IMG/VR virus record: IMGVR_UViG_3300045988_132725 | Strand: one strand, 5' to 3' | From: a virus | Length of the DNA: 64,000 bases | Part shown: positions 8,859 through 18,245 of the stretch, piece by piece | Layout: every line of letters starts with the position of its first letter | Numbering within the stretch: position 1 is the stretch's first letter | The notes under the pieces: model-generated | Told to the model about the DNA's origin: nothing | What the model saw: the letters and a program-made list of their open reading frames with translations, nothing else | The model's database searches: none | Position numbers and translations under genes: made by a program

Positions 8859-9831
8859 TTCGGTATTAATTTATTGATTATCAGTATTTTGTTTTCTTTT
8901 CTCCCTTACGTTAAAACGCAGCATCCCCTTTATACCCTAGAGAAGAATGTCTCATTCAACCTTTAAGCACCTTAAGTACCAAAAAGACGTACTATCCCCC
9001 GGCATGGCTCGCATACCCCCAATAGTACCTTGAATGAATCCTCAAACTTCTCTCGACCCCATACAACACTTCCGTACCCCAAGCCTTGAACGTAATTAAT
9101 GTTTTCTTCCTGATTACTAACGACTCCTTCTACCAACCGACTCTACTGCTTCTTCCTCGCCATATCAAAGCTGGTAATTATCATAATCGCTTTCTGTCAG
9201 TTATAATCTACATCCGCTCCTTTGTCGCTCATTTACCTCATGGTGCTTAGATTGCGCAGAACGCTTTATTCTTCTCTAGGTTCCTGTTGTCAGGGTAGAC
9301 ATTGCAGGATTTTTTACTTCCCATGTGCAAATGGTTATATGGATGCCACTTTCCTTTGTTCCCACCTTACGGCGTGGACTGAGGGATATAGATCGCCTAT
9401 CTATTATTCGTAGATTCAGCGATCGCACAGGACTCAGTGTTACGGGTAGCGTCTCATTACTCATTCTACCCGCCTCCTATCGGTTTGTTTACCGCCAGTT
9501 TTCCGACCATTTTTAGGTTTGCCACGATGTCAATTCCGAGGCTCTCACCTCTCAACCCCTCCGCTGAAGGATTATTGTTTATATAAGAATAGGTTTTTTT
9601 TTGGAAAAGGTTTGAAAAAGAGAATGATTTTTTCAGATAAATGTTTAATGTGTTGATTATTAGTGATTTTTTGCTGCATATTAAGCATGGAATACCAAAT
9701 TTGGTAGATAAGCTTTGGAATATAAAAATATTCAAATAGGACTAAGAAGACTTTTTACTTCCTCGTTCTAAGATGAAATCCTCTCAAAAAAGCAATATGT
9801 CTAATTTGCTAGAAAATGTCCTTATGATTAT
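8859..9831 (-). other. ORF-free tract A (candidate long ncRNA or decayed gene)
   Basis: 973 nt with only short ORFs of non-protein-like composition. The plus strand is C/T-rich. A structural-gene box sits at 9577-9593 with no ATG after it. Several local hairpins are present. Confidence 0.4.
9577..9593 (-). promoter_or_regulatory. Structural-gene box (minus sense CCTATTCTTATATAAAC)
   Basis: Shares the 16-mer TTTATATAAGAATAGG with 53066-53081. Confidence 0.4.
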
Positions 9832-12800
9832 TTATAAATCGGTATCAATAAATCCTGTATTTCCTAATGAGTAAGTTTGTCCGTTAAAATCACGGATGTA
9901 AATTCCTCCGGCGGTAATAATTGTTTTTCTTATTATTTTTTGACTTGGGTTTGAATTCTCATATGCGATACCTTTGAGAACTATATATGGGGAATATTTT
10001 TCAAATATGTAACTTAAATCATTGTTACTTATATTGTTAATATTCATATAGTCTCTTGGCATTTTTATTTCCCATGTTGATTCAAATGTGTATTTACTGC
10101 TGTCATATATTGCTTCATTTTTGTAATATCCAGAAACCATTCCTGAATCAAGCCTATTATAATGGTTAGGGTCAAATTGTGATTCGATCTTTTGTCCTTC
10201 GTACATCGTCAATCCATTGCTCTGCGATAACTCCCATTTATTCGTAGATTTTATGGTTCCAGCACTATTGATAGATAAAATCCCATTATTTATGTTATTG
10301 GAGGATATTGCCCATCCACCGATCTTACCGCTTGTCGCTGTTACCTCTCCAGAGAAAGATCCACTGGCAGCTTCCAGCTTGCCTTTAAAATGTGCGTTAC
10401 CATCCATATCTATATAGAATTGCGGTGATCTTATGGCTGCTTGACTCCCATTACTATATAGCGTTATTCCAGAAGTAGAGAAACCTTCAGATGTTCTCTC
10501 GGTACCTGTATAGATACTGTTTCCGGTTATATTCCATTTACCGATCGTTCCTGTTACGGCGTTTATCTTTGATGTATCGACTGTTGCGTTCACCGTTACA
10601 TCTTTTCCGAATGTCACCTTACCTTCCTTATCCCATTTTATGTTTCCTTTCGCTAAGCATCCTGAGCCATCGTTACCAAGTCTCCAAAAGGTGTTTGTGT
10701 CTCCTGTAGAAGGATAAGTCTCTCCATCGACTATGGTCATTTTAGCGTGTGCGATAGTTCCATTTGAATCGATATAAATAACGGAATCAACCACTGAGCC
10801 TGTTACGCATTCATGTTTAAGACCTTTGTTTGTAATTTTCCAGCCTCCAATTAAACCACTGGTCGCTTCAATATTACCTTTAAAATAAGCGTTCCCATTA
10901 GTATCTATCCGAAAGTTCTTTGCTCTTATTGCTGCTAAGTTGGCTCCATCGCTATAGAATGTTATTCCAGACGTAGAAAATCCGTCAGATGTTTGTTTAG
11001 TTCCGGTGTAAAGATAATTCTCTTCTATCTTCCAGTTCGCCAACGTTCCTTTCTTTGTCGTGAGTTCAAGAGTGTTTATTATATCGGCTGTTATAAACTT
11101 GGCTTGCAAATCTTCTGTCTGTATACTGTCCGCTTTTAACGCTGCCGTTATGACTTGTTTAGCTTCAAGCGTTCCTGTATAGATGCCGGTTGAGGTTATC
11201 TTGGTCAATCGAGACTGGAGGTCTGCTTGTGACAATCTCCATTCCATAACGGTTTCTGAGTTTGTCAATATCATCGAGTTGTTTGTTATATAAAAAGTAC
11301 CCGCTGTCCCGAAACCAATGTAGATATACGAGGAGTCCATGCCTGTGAAGTTCTCTATCTCTACATTCGTCCATGTGTTTTTGGTAAGTGGTTTGGTGAC
11401 AATATTGTTATTGCTTGCCCCAAACTTGATGTACATGTTTGTATTTACATTTGAAAATATCCTGAACGCTAAACTAGCGGGATCGCAAATCTTATTGGTT
11501 GAGAATCTGACGCAATTTTGTGATACTGTTGAGTCTGTAGCTGAAGTAGAAGTGATACTTAACCATGTATTGACATATAAAGACAGGGTTATCCCATAAG
11601 TTGTTATTCCGGGAAACGTGTAAATGTTGGTTGTTTCGTCTTTTGTATACTCTTTGAAATCCGTATGTTTTATCTGGTTATCCATGATATCCTTGTATCC
11701 ATTATAGTCCATGTTTCCCCAACTTAGCACCACGTCCTCCCCGAACTCAATCTTTCCGGTGGATGAGTTGTATTTGATATATTGTTTGTCTGCGCCTAAT
11801 TGAGCGTTTCCCACGGAGTCAAGAAACCAAGTGTTCTTGCCTTTATTGAATCCATAGATACCATTGATTGTTCGTGTCACGTATCCTCCGGAAGGATTGG
11901 CTACCTTTAATGGAAGATTTCCTAACGCCAACCCTGTCAATGTTCCATCTGAGTTCTTTGTTCCAGCGAATATCTTAGGGGTTATAACTTGATTTCCATT
12001 GATCTCCGTCTTGTTGGTATTCCAATCATTGACCCAATCTAATAAGTTTGCATCTTTTCCGGGTTGGCCTATCTCTCCATCTTTTCCGAAATGACCTATT
12101 ACATGCGGGACGGAGGTCTTGCTGGTATTGTCCGTATATTTGATTACCTCATAGCCCCATAGATATGGTTTATCTTTGCTTATAACTTGTGAGTTGACGT
12201 TCGTGCTCCATCCAGAGGTACTGGTAGTGACTCCGGATGACGCTGTTGTTGCCAAATAATAGTTGGTTATGGAAGATATACCGTTACCAGTTGCTCCGGT
12301 ATCCCCATATACGCCTATGATTTGTACGCTCTCTTTTTTTGTGCCGTCCGAAAAGTTAATCCTCTCCTTGTTCCATAGGTATTTGTTCGTTGGTGTCATC
12401 TCTGGTATATTCCCATCCCATCCGGAAGGTGGGGTAGTTTTACTGGATGATACGGCGTACAGTTCTTCTATGGATAGAATCCCGATCCCGTCTTCTCCCC
12501 GTATGCCGTCAACCCCATTGTATACCTTATATACGCTAATCAGGTCGTAGTATTCTTTATTGTTGACGATAGCCGTATATTTGATAGATAGGTTGTTCTT
12601 CTGGCTCCAGATACTAGATGTATCGCTCAACAATAGAGAGGTAGAGGCGCTTCCTGCGCTAATCCAAAATCCATTGGGAGATAGGTATTCCCATTTCCTG
12701 CTCGTAGGAACGATATTTATCTCCTCGGCCTCTAAGGCTGTTATGTTGCTATCTACCGTACCATCCTTATCATAATAGAATACGTTTCTACCAGTGATTC

Positions 12801-14499
12801 TCACGCCCTTGCTTGAAAGATTATTTTGGGCCTCTTGGGTAAGATCTTCCCACCTAATCGTTACATCTTGTAATGTTATGGTGTCTTTTGTCCATGCGAA
12901 ACGACCATCTGCAAACTGTCCTGTTCCATCGCTTTTTATTATGAATGAATCGTTTCTGGAGCGTATAGAACCATCATCACAAAATCTCAGTAAGGGGTTC
13001 TGGATCGTACCACCTATACCTCCCTTGCATGCCCAAAAGCCATAGGATTCGCTGTCTTCAGATAATGTGTCATCTGTTGGTTGGTACTGGGTGGCATATT
13101 CTCCAAACTCAAGCTGAGGTGAGCAAACTATCAATTGCTCCGTAGTCTCGAATCTCATGGTAAGTTCGTTTGCAGTGGAATATACAGGGAATGTGGTCGT
13201 ATATCTACGCCATCCAGCCTCTATTTCGAAAGAGTCTATCAAGTTCGTGTTTTGATAGATCTTTACGGTTAAATCTTTTGTTCCCTTGATCCATATAGAG
13301 AAAGTGACAATCTTGTCTTTGTTCGCTGATGCCCAGCCCGCTTCCCTGCAAACCAACGTGTGCATATTTACGGTGGTAAACTTGTATGCGTTACCAATGC
13401 GTGCCGGTAGATTCTCATTGGTTAGTAGTGTTGCTGTGCCTTGAAAATCGCATTCAAGACTGTTTCGCATCAAGTTCTTCTGTATTCTTCCTGCATAGAA
13501 AGTACTGGAGAATCCATTCTCATCGCCAGCGGTTAACGTACCGGCTATACCAACGTTCTGGGTTGCGTAGAGGTTTTGGGAGTAGACACCATAACCCTTG
13601 AGCGTACCAAACACGGGATCTACTATTTGCCCGATTTTTCCGATGGTAGCCTTGTTTGCGTTCGTGAAATTGGCTATGTCGGATAACTTGATGATATTTA
13701 GCTCGGCGATATATACGGTCGTATAGGCTGGAACACCATCAAGAATGATTGAGAAACTTCTTGTGTCTCTTTGCGCTTGATCAATGTTCACCAGATGAAA
13801 CCTGTATTCCCATTCAGTCGATGCGCTAATGGTTCCCTCAGCCTCGTATTTGCTATCGTCCGTATATCCGAACTTGAATGGGAGAGATGCTATTGTCCAA
13901 CTTGCCTTGATCTTGTATGATATAACAACAACATTCTGGGTGTTCAATGTATCCTCGAAGGTTGTCTTTATCCTTGCGTTTCCAGATGATGCCTTGCTGA
14001 TGGAGAATACACGATAAGCGCCATCAAGGTATTTCTCATAAGAGCATGAGCTTCCGGTATTAAGGATTGCGTTATATTTATCCTTGGATGCTGTATTAGG
14101 GGTGTTTCCCGGCAAGAAAGGGATACACAACGATTTCTCGGTTCCAAGTTTGTCAAGAACACTCATATAAGGCGCTTCAGAATCACTTGCCGTTAAGTAT
14201 AAGGCTCCGCTTCTGTCTGCGTTGAAAAGATTGGTCATCCTTGCGAAATCCAACACTTGATCGCTGGAGGGAATATCTCCGTCTAGCAATGCTCCCACGA
14301 AATAAGGCGAATCCTCCAGTACCCCGTTCTCGTTGGCGATCTTATCTATTCCTGTATCGAGAACAGCCATCAAGCTGTATATAGTATTCTTTCCGTCAAA
14401 ATATTGTCTTCTGACGATATCCCCGGCTTGTAATCCTTGTATTTTCTTTGATTTAGGATCGATAGAGATCTTGTACTTCGTATAATTGATTAATGACAT
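9832..14499 (-). CDS. Giant tail fibre / host-specificity protein
   Basis: 1555 aa with an internally repeated C-terminal module (TSxGFSTSGIT.YS..AAIR...F.ID..GNA.FKG..EA.SG..GGW.I). Follows the baseplate genes. Confidence 0.7.
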   Translation of the reverse strand: MSLINYTKYKISIDPKSKKIQGLQAGDIVRRQYFDGKNTIYSLMAVLDTGIDKIANENGVLEDSPYFVGALLDGDIPSSDQVLDFARMTNLFNADRSGALYLTASDSEAPYMSVLDKLGTEKSLCIPFLPGNTPNTASKDKYNAILNTGSSCSYEKYLDGAYRVFSISKASSGNARIKTTFEDTLNTQNVVVISYKIKASWTIASLPFKFGYTDDSKYEAEGTISASTEWEYRFHLVNIDQAQRDTRSFSIILDGVPAYTTVYIAELNIIKLSDIANFTNANKATIGKIGQIVDPVFGTLKGYGVYSQNLYATQNVGIAGTLTAGDENGFSSTFYAGRIQKNLMRNSLECDFQGTATLLTNENLPARIGNAYKFTTVNMHTLVCREAGWASANKDKIVTFSIWIKGTKDLTVKIYQNTNLIDSFEIEAGWRRYTTTFPVYSTANELTMRFETTEQLIVCSPQLEFGEYATQYQPTDDTLSEDSESYGFWACKGGIGGTIQNPLLRFCDDGSIRSRNDSFIIKSDGTGQFADGRFAWTKDTITLQDVTIRWEDLTQEAQNNLSSKGVRITGRNVFYYDKDGTVDSNITALEAEEINIVPTSRKWEYLSPNGFWISAGSASTSLLLSDTSSIWSQKNNLSIKYTAIVNNKEYYDLISVYKVYNGVDGIRGEDGIGILSIEELYAVSSSKTTPPSGWDGNIPEMTPTNKYLWNKERINFSDGTKKESVQIIGVYGDTGATGNGISSITNYYLATTASSGVTTSTSGWSTNVNSQVISKDKPYLWGYEVIKYTDNTSKTSVPHVIGHFGKDGEIGQPGKDANLLDWVNDWNTNKTEINGNQVITPKIFAGTKNSDGTLTGLALGNLPLKVANPSGGYVTRTINGIYGFNKGKNTWFLDSVGNAQLGADKQYIKYNSSTGKIEFGEDVVLSWGNMDYNGYKDIMDNQIKHTDFKEYTKDETTNIYTFPGITTYGITLSLYVNTWLSITSTSATDSTVSQNCVRFSTNKICDPASLAFRIFSNVNTNMYIKFGASNNNIVTKPLTKNTWTNVEIENFTGMDSSYIYIGFGTAGTFYITNNSMILTNSETVMEWRLSQADLQSRLTKITSTGIYTGTLEAKQVITAALKADSIQTEDLQAKFITADIINTLELTTKKGTLANWKIEENYLYTGTKQTSDGFSTSGITFYSDGANLAAIRAKNFRIDTNGNAYFKGNIEATSGLIGGWKITNKGLKHECVTGSVVDSVIYIDSNGTIAHAKMTIVDGETYPSTGDTNTFWRLGNDGSGCLAKGNIKWDKEGKVTFGKDVTVNATVDTSKINAVTGTIGKWNITGNSIYTGTERTSEGFSTSGITLYSNGSQAAIRSPQFYIDMDGNAHFKGKLEAASGSFSGEVTATSGKIGGWAISSNNINNGILSINSAGTIKSTNKWELSQSNGLTMYEGQKIESQFDPNHYNRLDSGMVSGYYKNEAIYDSSKYTFESTWEIKMPRDYMNINNISNNDLSYIFEKYSPYIVLKGIAYENSNPSQKIIRKTIITAGGIYIRDFNGQTYSLGNTGFIDTDL

Positions 14500-14503
14500 A
14501 AGT

Positions 14504-16189
14504 TTATGGTATTGTTGTTACTTTATCTGCGCTACATGAGTCACTTACCCAGAGAGAGCCGTTGACTACGCTTATTTTTTGGATCTCAAGCTCGTAAACT
14601 CTCATTTTCTTACGGATCACGGCCTCATCTACGGTTAACTCTACATTTCCTGTATCTAGCTTTTTCCTGATCGCCCATCCCTCTCCAGCGAAACCGGTAG
14701 AGAATCTTTCGGATGATAAATTGTCCATAAAATAGGAATCTCCGTAATGTCTAATCCCAATTCCGGTTGTTCCATCAACATCTACGACATTGACTAGGTG
14801 AGTGTTGTCGGTAAAGAATAGCGTATTATCGGAAAGTCTGGTTGTCGATTCAGTTATACCGATAAAGTCTTTTGCCTCTATAGGGTTGTTGAACGTGAAA
14901 AAATCAGCGGTTGAGCCTATAAATACGCTCTCGCTGTTTCGGGATTGATCTTGGTAAATAGATGTTGATTGCCCGATATTGATAGTAGTTCTATGCGTGG
15001 CATTGTATTCTCCTCTCATGTACTTGGCTTCCAATCCGATTCCGTATGTGTCAGCTGATATGAATGGGCCAGTATCATCCCCGAATCGTAATTTTTCGTG
15101 GATAACGACAGAACTTTCAGCGGTACTGAGAAGCTTATTACCGAATCCATACCCAGCCTCAAACGTGTTCATGAAAGAGGCGTTGCCAAACTTATCGATT
15201 AGATTGTGGTCTCCAGCATAGGTAGTAAGGGTATTCCATAGCCGTATATTGGTGGTACTATCATCTCCACTTCCTAGTATCAATGAGCCGCCTATAGATG
15301 ATAGCTGGATATTATTTTCTGAAGGACATCCAAGAACATCTTTTTTGTCGATCTTGATCTTATATGTCTTACCTAGCTCAATATCTCCGTTAACCTCCAT
15401 GTTTTCATCATCATTGATATATAGGATGACATTGTTATTGGATCCAAGCTCAACTTTTTGTAAGGAGGTTAGAAGTCCTTTTAGCGTACTGTTGCCTTCC
15501 ACAAGCAAACTGCCTTTCACGTTCGAGTTCTTCATCGTCCAATCGATATCTTCCTTATTGGAATTACCGGCGTGATAGACGGTATTGCTGGAATAGGTAA
15601 AGGAATCGTTGGATACACTGAGGCTATTGGCGTTCAGTGTTCCGGTTATTTGTATGCTCGATTCCTTGAAATCAACAATATTTCCTCCATCTATCTCTAG
15701 TATTTCTTTTTTGTCACTGTCTCTGGAAAAATGATTGAATAATATCTTATTGTCGATAAATAGGTTATGGCTATCTATTTTAAGTTTTTCTTCAATCGAT
15801 ATGTACTGATCTTTTATGATAGCTCCTTCCTTTTCTTGCTTGGTTTGGAAGAATATTTTACCATCTTCTCCAGTTTGAAACCCGAATAACGTACCTAGCC
15901 TTCCAGACATGTTATCTCCTGTCTTTTTGACGAAAGTACCTAGTTGAGGCTCGGAAGGCTCGCTGGTTCCTATGCAGTTCGCTATGGGAGAGGCGAGGTT
16001 ATAGGCGGCATTCTTTATCTTGTTATTGATCACTATTTGATCCTGTTCTGGTAAACCTTCGAGAGCATCGCCTTGACTACTTTTGATACTAGCATAAAAA
16101 CTTTCATACAAGTTTTTACAAACCTCTGATCCTGCCAAATCTGGCATATCAATAAGCCCTTTGTTAGGGTCTATTATCTCTTCTGCCAT
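14504..16189 (-). CDS. Tail fibre / baseplate-distal structural protein
   Basis: 561 aa, Asn/Gly/Ser/Thr-rich, sitting between the spike and the giant fibre. Confidence 0.5.
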   Translation of the reverse strand: MAEEIIDPNKGLIDMPDLAGSEVCKNLYESFYASIKSSQGDALEGLPEQDQIVINNKIKNAAYNLASPIANCIGTSEPSEPQLGTFVKKTGDNMSGRLGTLFGFQTGEDGKIFFQTKQEKEGAIIKDQYISIEEKLKIDSHNLFIDNKILFNHFSRDSDKKEILEIDGGNIVDFKESSIQITGTLNANSLSVSNDSFTYSSNTVYHAGNSNKEDIDWTMKNSNVKGSLLVEGNSTLKGLLTSLQKVELGSNNNVILYINDDENMEVNGDIELGKTYKIKIDKKDVLGCPSENNIQLSSIGGSLILGSGDDSTTNIRLWNTLTTYAGDHNLIDKFGNASFMNTFEAGYGFGNKLLSTAESSVVIHEKLRFGDDTGPFISADTYGIGLEAKYMRGEYNATHRTTINIGQSTSIYQDQSRNSESVFIGSTADFFTFNNPIEAKDFIGITESTTRLSDNTLFFTDNTHLVNVVDVDGTTGIGIRHYGDSYFMDNLSSERFSTGFAGEGWAIRKKLDTGNVELTVDEAVIRKKMRVYELEIQKISVVNGSLWVSDSCSADKVTTIP

Positions 16190-16992
16190 TATTTTACTTT
16201 TACGGTTTGTGATAGAAATGAATTACACTCGGAGAGGAACGATGTGAAATTAGCGAGATTGATGATTGGCATCGTCCCTAGCATGGTAGGGGTGGTTATC
16301 TTTGAGCATTCGGTTATGAATTTCATCATGAGGGTCACAAGCTGCGTACCCAATACCGCTGGCTCTGTCGCTCCCTCTCCGATATTTATTGTTTTCCCCT
16401 CCAGTGTTACCCCAGATGGATCGATCTTTTCATACGAGCCTTCTACGGTATCCTTTATTTGGGCCTTATCGATCTCTCTTTTGGACGATCCTATCTCTGA
16501 TGTTATCTTGTCGGGAGCGATGGTTTGAGTGGCTGAGTCGGTCTTGTTCGAGACCATAGAGGTTATTGATGAGTTGGTATATGTGGTTTTGCTCTTGTTC
16601 CCGTCATCTTCCAATTCGTTATAGTCAACCTCATCGTTAGGAGTTTCGCTGGTGACTCCTATATTTACTTCTTTGGTTGAGATGATATTGTAGGTATCGA
16701 TATGGGAGAAGGATAAGATAGAGGCGTTACCGGTTCCTACCGCCCATAATACTGTCACGTCAGACTTGATGGTAGGAATAGTCATCTGGCCCTTGCTTAA
16801 TCCGGGAATGGCATTCAATGGAATTTCTGGTATCCTTACCGTCCCATCCATGGAAATGAAATCTATGGTTCCTATGACTCCATTATCTCCCGGCGTATAT
16901 TTGGCTACAAAGCCGTGCAATATCATCAAGTTATTCTCCGGGGCCTGTACGATCCGTCTCAGCGCTTCTGATAGTTTGTTCTGGTCTGCCAT
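16189..16992 (-). CDS. Baseplate spike-like protein (Mu gp45 / P2 gpV position)
   Basis: 267 aa, start and stop coupled with both neighbours. Called mainly by position. Confidence 0.4.
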   Translation of the reverse strand: MADQNKLSEALRRIVQAPENNLMILHGFVAKYTPGDNGVIGTIDFISMDGTVRIPEIPLNAIPGLSKGQMTIPTIKSDVTVLWAVGTGNASILSFSHIDTYNIISTKEVNIGVTSETPNDEVDYNELEDDGNKSKTTYTNSSITSMVSNKTDSATQTIAPDKITSEIGSSKREIDKAQIKDTVEGSYEKIDPSGVTLEGKTINIGEGATEPAVLGTQLVTLMMKFITECSKITTPTMLGTMPIINLANFTSFLSECNSFLSQTVKVK

Positions 16993-18245
16993 TATTTATC
17001 GCTTAATTTATATGGTATCTTTAATTTTTGCCTATACCCCTTTACCCCGAAAGTCGTTATTACCTCGCTTACCACGTAAGTTCCGTTTCGCTCGGGATTG
17101 AGGTTATCCGTCAGCCGTATCTTGCATCCAGCTTGTAATCCAAAATCACCGAAGATCGTAAGGTCTCCATCGATTCCGGTCTGGGATATCTCTCCGAATT
17201 TCGCTTCAGCATTCTTGATAAGAGTGTCACGGTTGACGTTATATTCATGAAAAGTACGAATATTATAAGCAGAAAGATCGATTTTGGTGTTCTTGCCGCC
17301 GTATTGGTTCGTGAGATTGTTGTTTTTGTCATATTCTGATAATAAAGTGTTCTTTAACTGGTTCTTACTTATCTTTGTCTCATTTACTACTTGAAATTTA
17401 GAGAGATCTTTAGGATCTCTTCTTATTGTAGCCTTGAACATTGAGTTGTTGGGGTACAAGGCTATCGCTTCCAAGGCGATGAGTGCTGGATCTAATTTGT
17501 GGATGGATAAATTATCCTCTGCCACGTTCTCATCAAACTCTATATCATAAGGAGTATCCGGCATGTCTTTCAGTAACGATTCAGAGGTATTGACAGAAAA
17601 GAATGTTCTGCCTATAGCTAGATGAGGAATACCGTTATAATTTCTCATATAACACATGATACCCCATTTCTTGAACCTGTTCAATATATCCGCTGCCGTA
17701 CAGCTTTGTGGATAGATAATCTGGCCTATCTCCATGTTCATCTCTTTCGTGCTGGGGTGAAGCTCTATTCCAGTGCCTTTCAGTATCGTTGGTACAAATT
17801 CATTTATCTTGGTACCTTTTGCGCTGGTTTTTATCGGATCTAGCGCTGTCTGCTTTAATATATATCCCATATCCTCACATTCAAGGGTGAAAGGATTTCC
17901 TGAAACGATAGAGGTTATGTATCCATCGAACATCGTTTTGAGATTCTCGTCTATTCCGTAGCAAAGTTTTATATTGATACGCTTGCCTCTTTTGAACAAG
18001 CTATCCTTGTCGCCCATAAGCTTGACCTCTCTGGTTCCGAACTCGTCTTTCAAAGAGGACTTGACCGTGATCTGTCTCGTGAACTCTACGGTGGCCGAAT
18101 TTATGAGTGTCTGATAGGAGTCTTTGATCTGGAGATTGACAACCTCGTTGACAGTGACCTTATTTAAGATGTTCAGTTTATCGTTAGGATCTTCGTCCCC
18201 TATTGTGATGAGACAATTCAGTATGCTTAAGCCATGTATTTCCAT
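16992..18245 (-). CDS. Baseplate hub protein (P2 gpD / Mu gp44-like)
   Basis: ORF trimmed to the internal ATG at 18243-18245 (MEIHGLSIL...), which overlaps the upstream stop as TAATG. 417 aa. Called by position after the tape-measure-proximal gene. Confidence 0.45.
   Translation of the reverse strand: MEIHGLSILNCLITIGDEDPNDKLNILNKVTVNEVVNLQIKDSYQTLINSATVEFTRQITVKSSLKDEFGTREVKLMGDKDSLFKRGKRINIKLCYGIDENLKTMFDGYITSIVSGNPFTLECEDMGYILKQTALDPIKTSAKGTKINEFVPTILKGTGIELHPSTKEMNMEIGQIIYPQSCTAADILNRFKKWGIMCYMRNYNGIPHLAIGRTFFSVNTSESLLKDMPDTPYDIEFDENVAEDNLSIHKLDPALIALEAIALYPNNSMFKATIRRDPKDLSKFQVVNETKISKNQLKNTLLSEYDKNNNLTNQYGGKNTKIDLSAYNIRTFHEYNVNRDTLIKNAEAKFGEISQTGIDGDLTIFGDFGLQAGCKIRLTDNLNPERNGTYVVSEVITTFGVKGYRQKLKIPYKLSDK

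Noticed and set aside
9361-9377. Possibility that tract A is an ORF-less group II intron. GUGCG-like and GNRA-hairpin elements were seen.
   Set aside because: The hairpin is only about 17 nt, whereas domain V is about 34 nt with an AGC triad and a bulge. I could find no GUGYG...AY boundaries or flanking split exons.
9276-9464. Short ORFs within tract A (62-89 aa on both strands, e.g. 9276-9464 minus, 9466-9735 minus, 9222-9413 plus).
   Set aside because: They overlap each other and have Arg/Ser/Leu-rich or Ile/Phe-rich low-complexity composition. None is placed at the usual 20-30 nt behind the box, and none has a recognisable motif. A micro-protein cannot be excluded.
9577-9593. The identical 16-mers at 9578-9593 and 53066-53081 considered as att or terminal direct repeats of a mobile element.
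   Set aside because: The same motif class recurs five more times directly upstream of structural genes. A promoter or leader element therefore explains it better than element boundaries.
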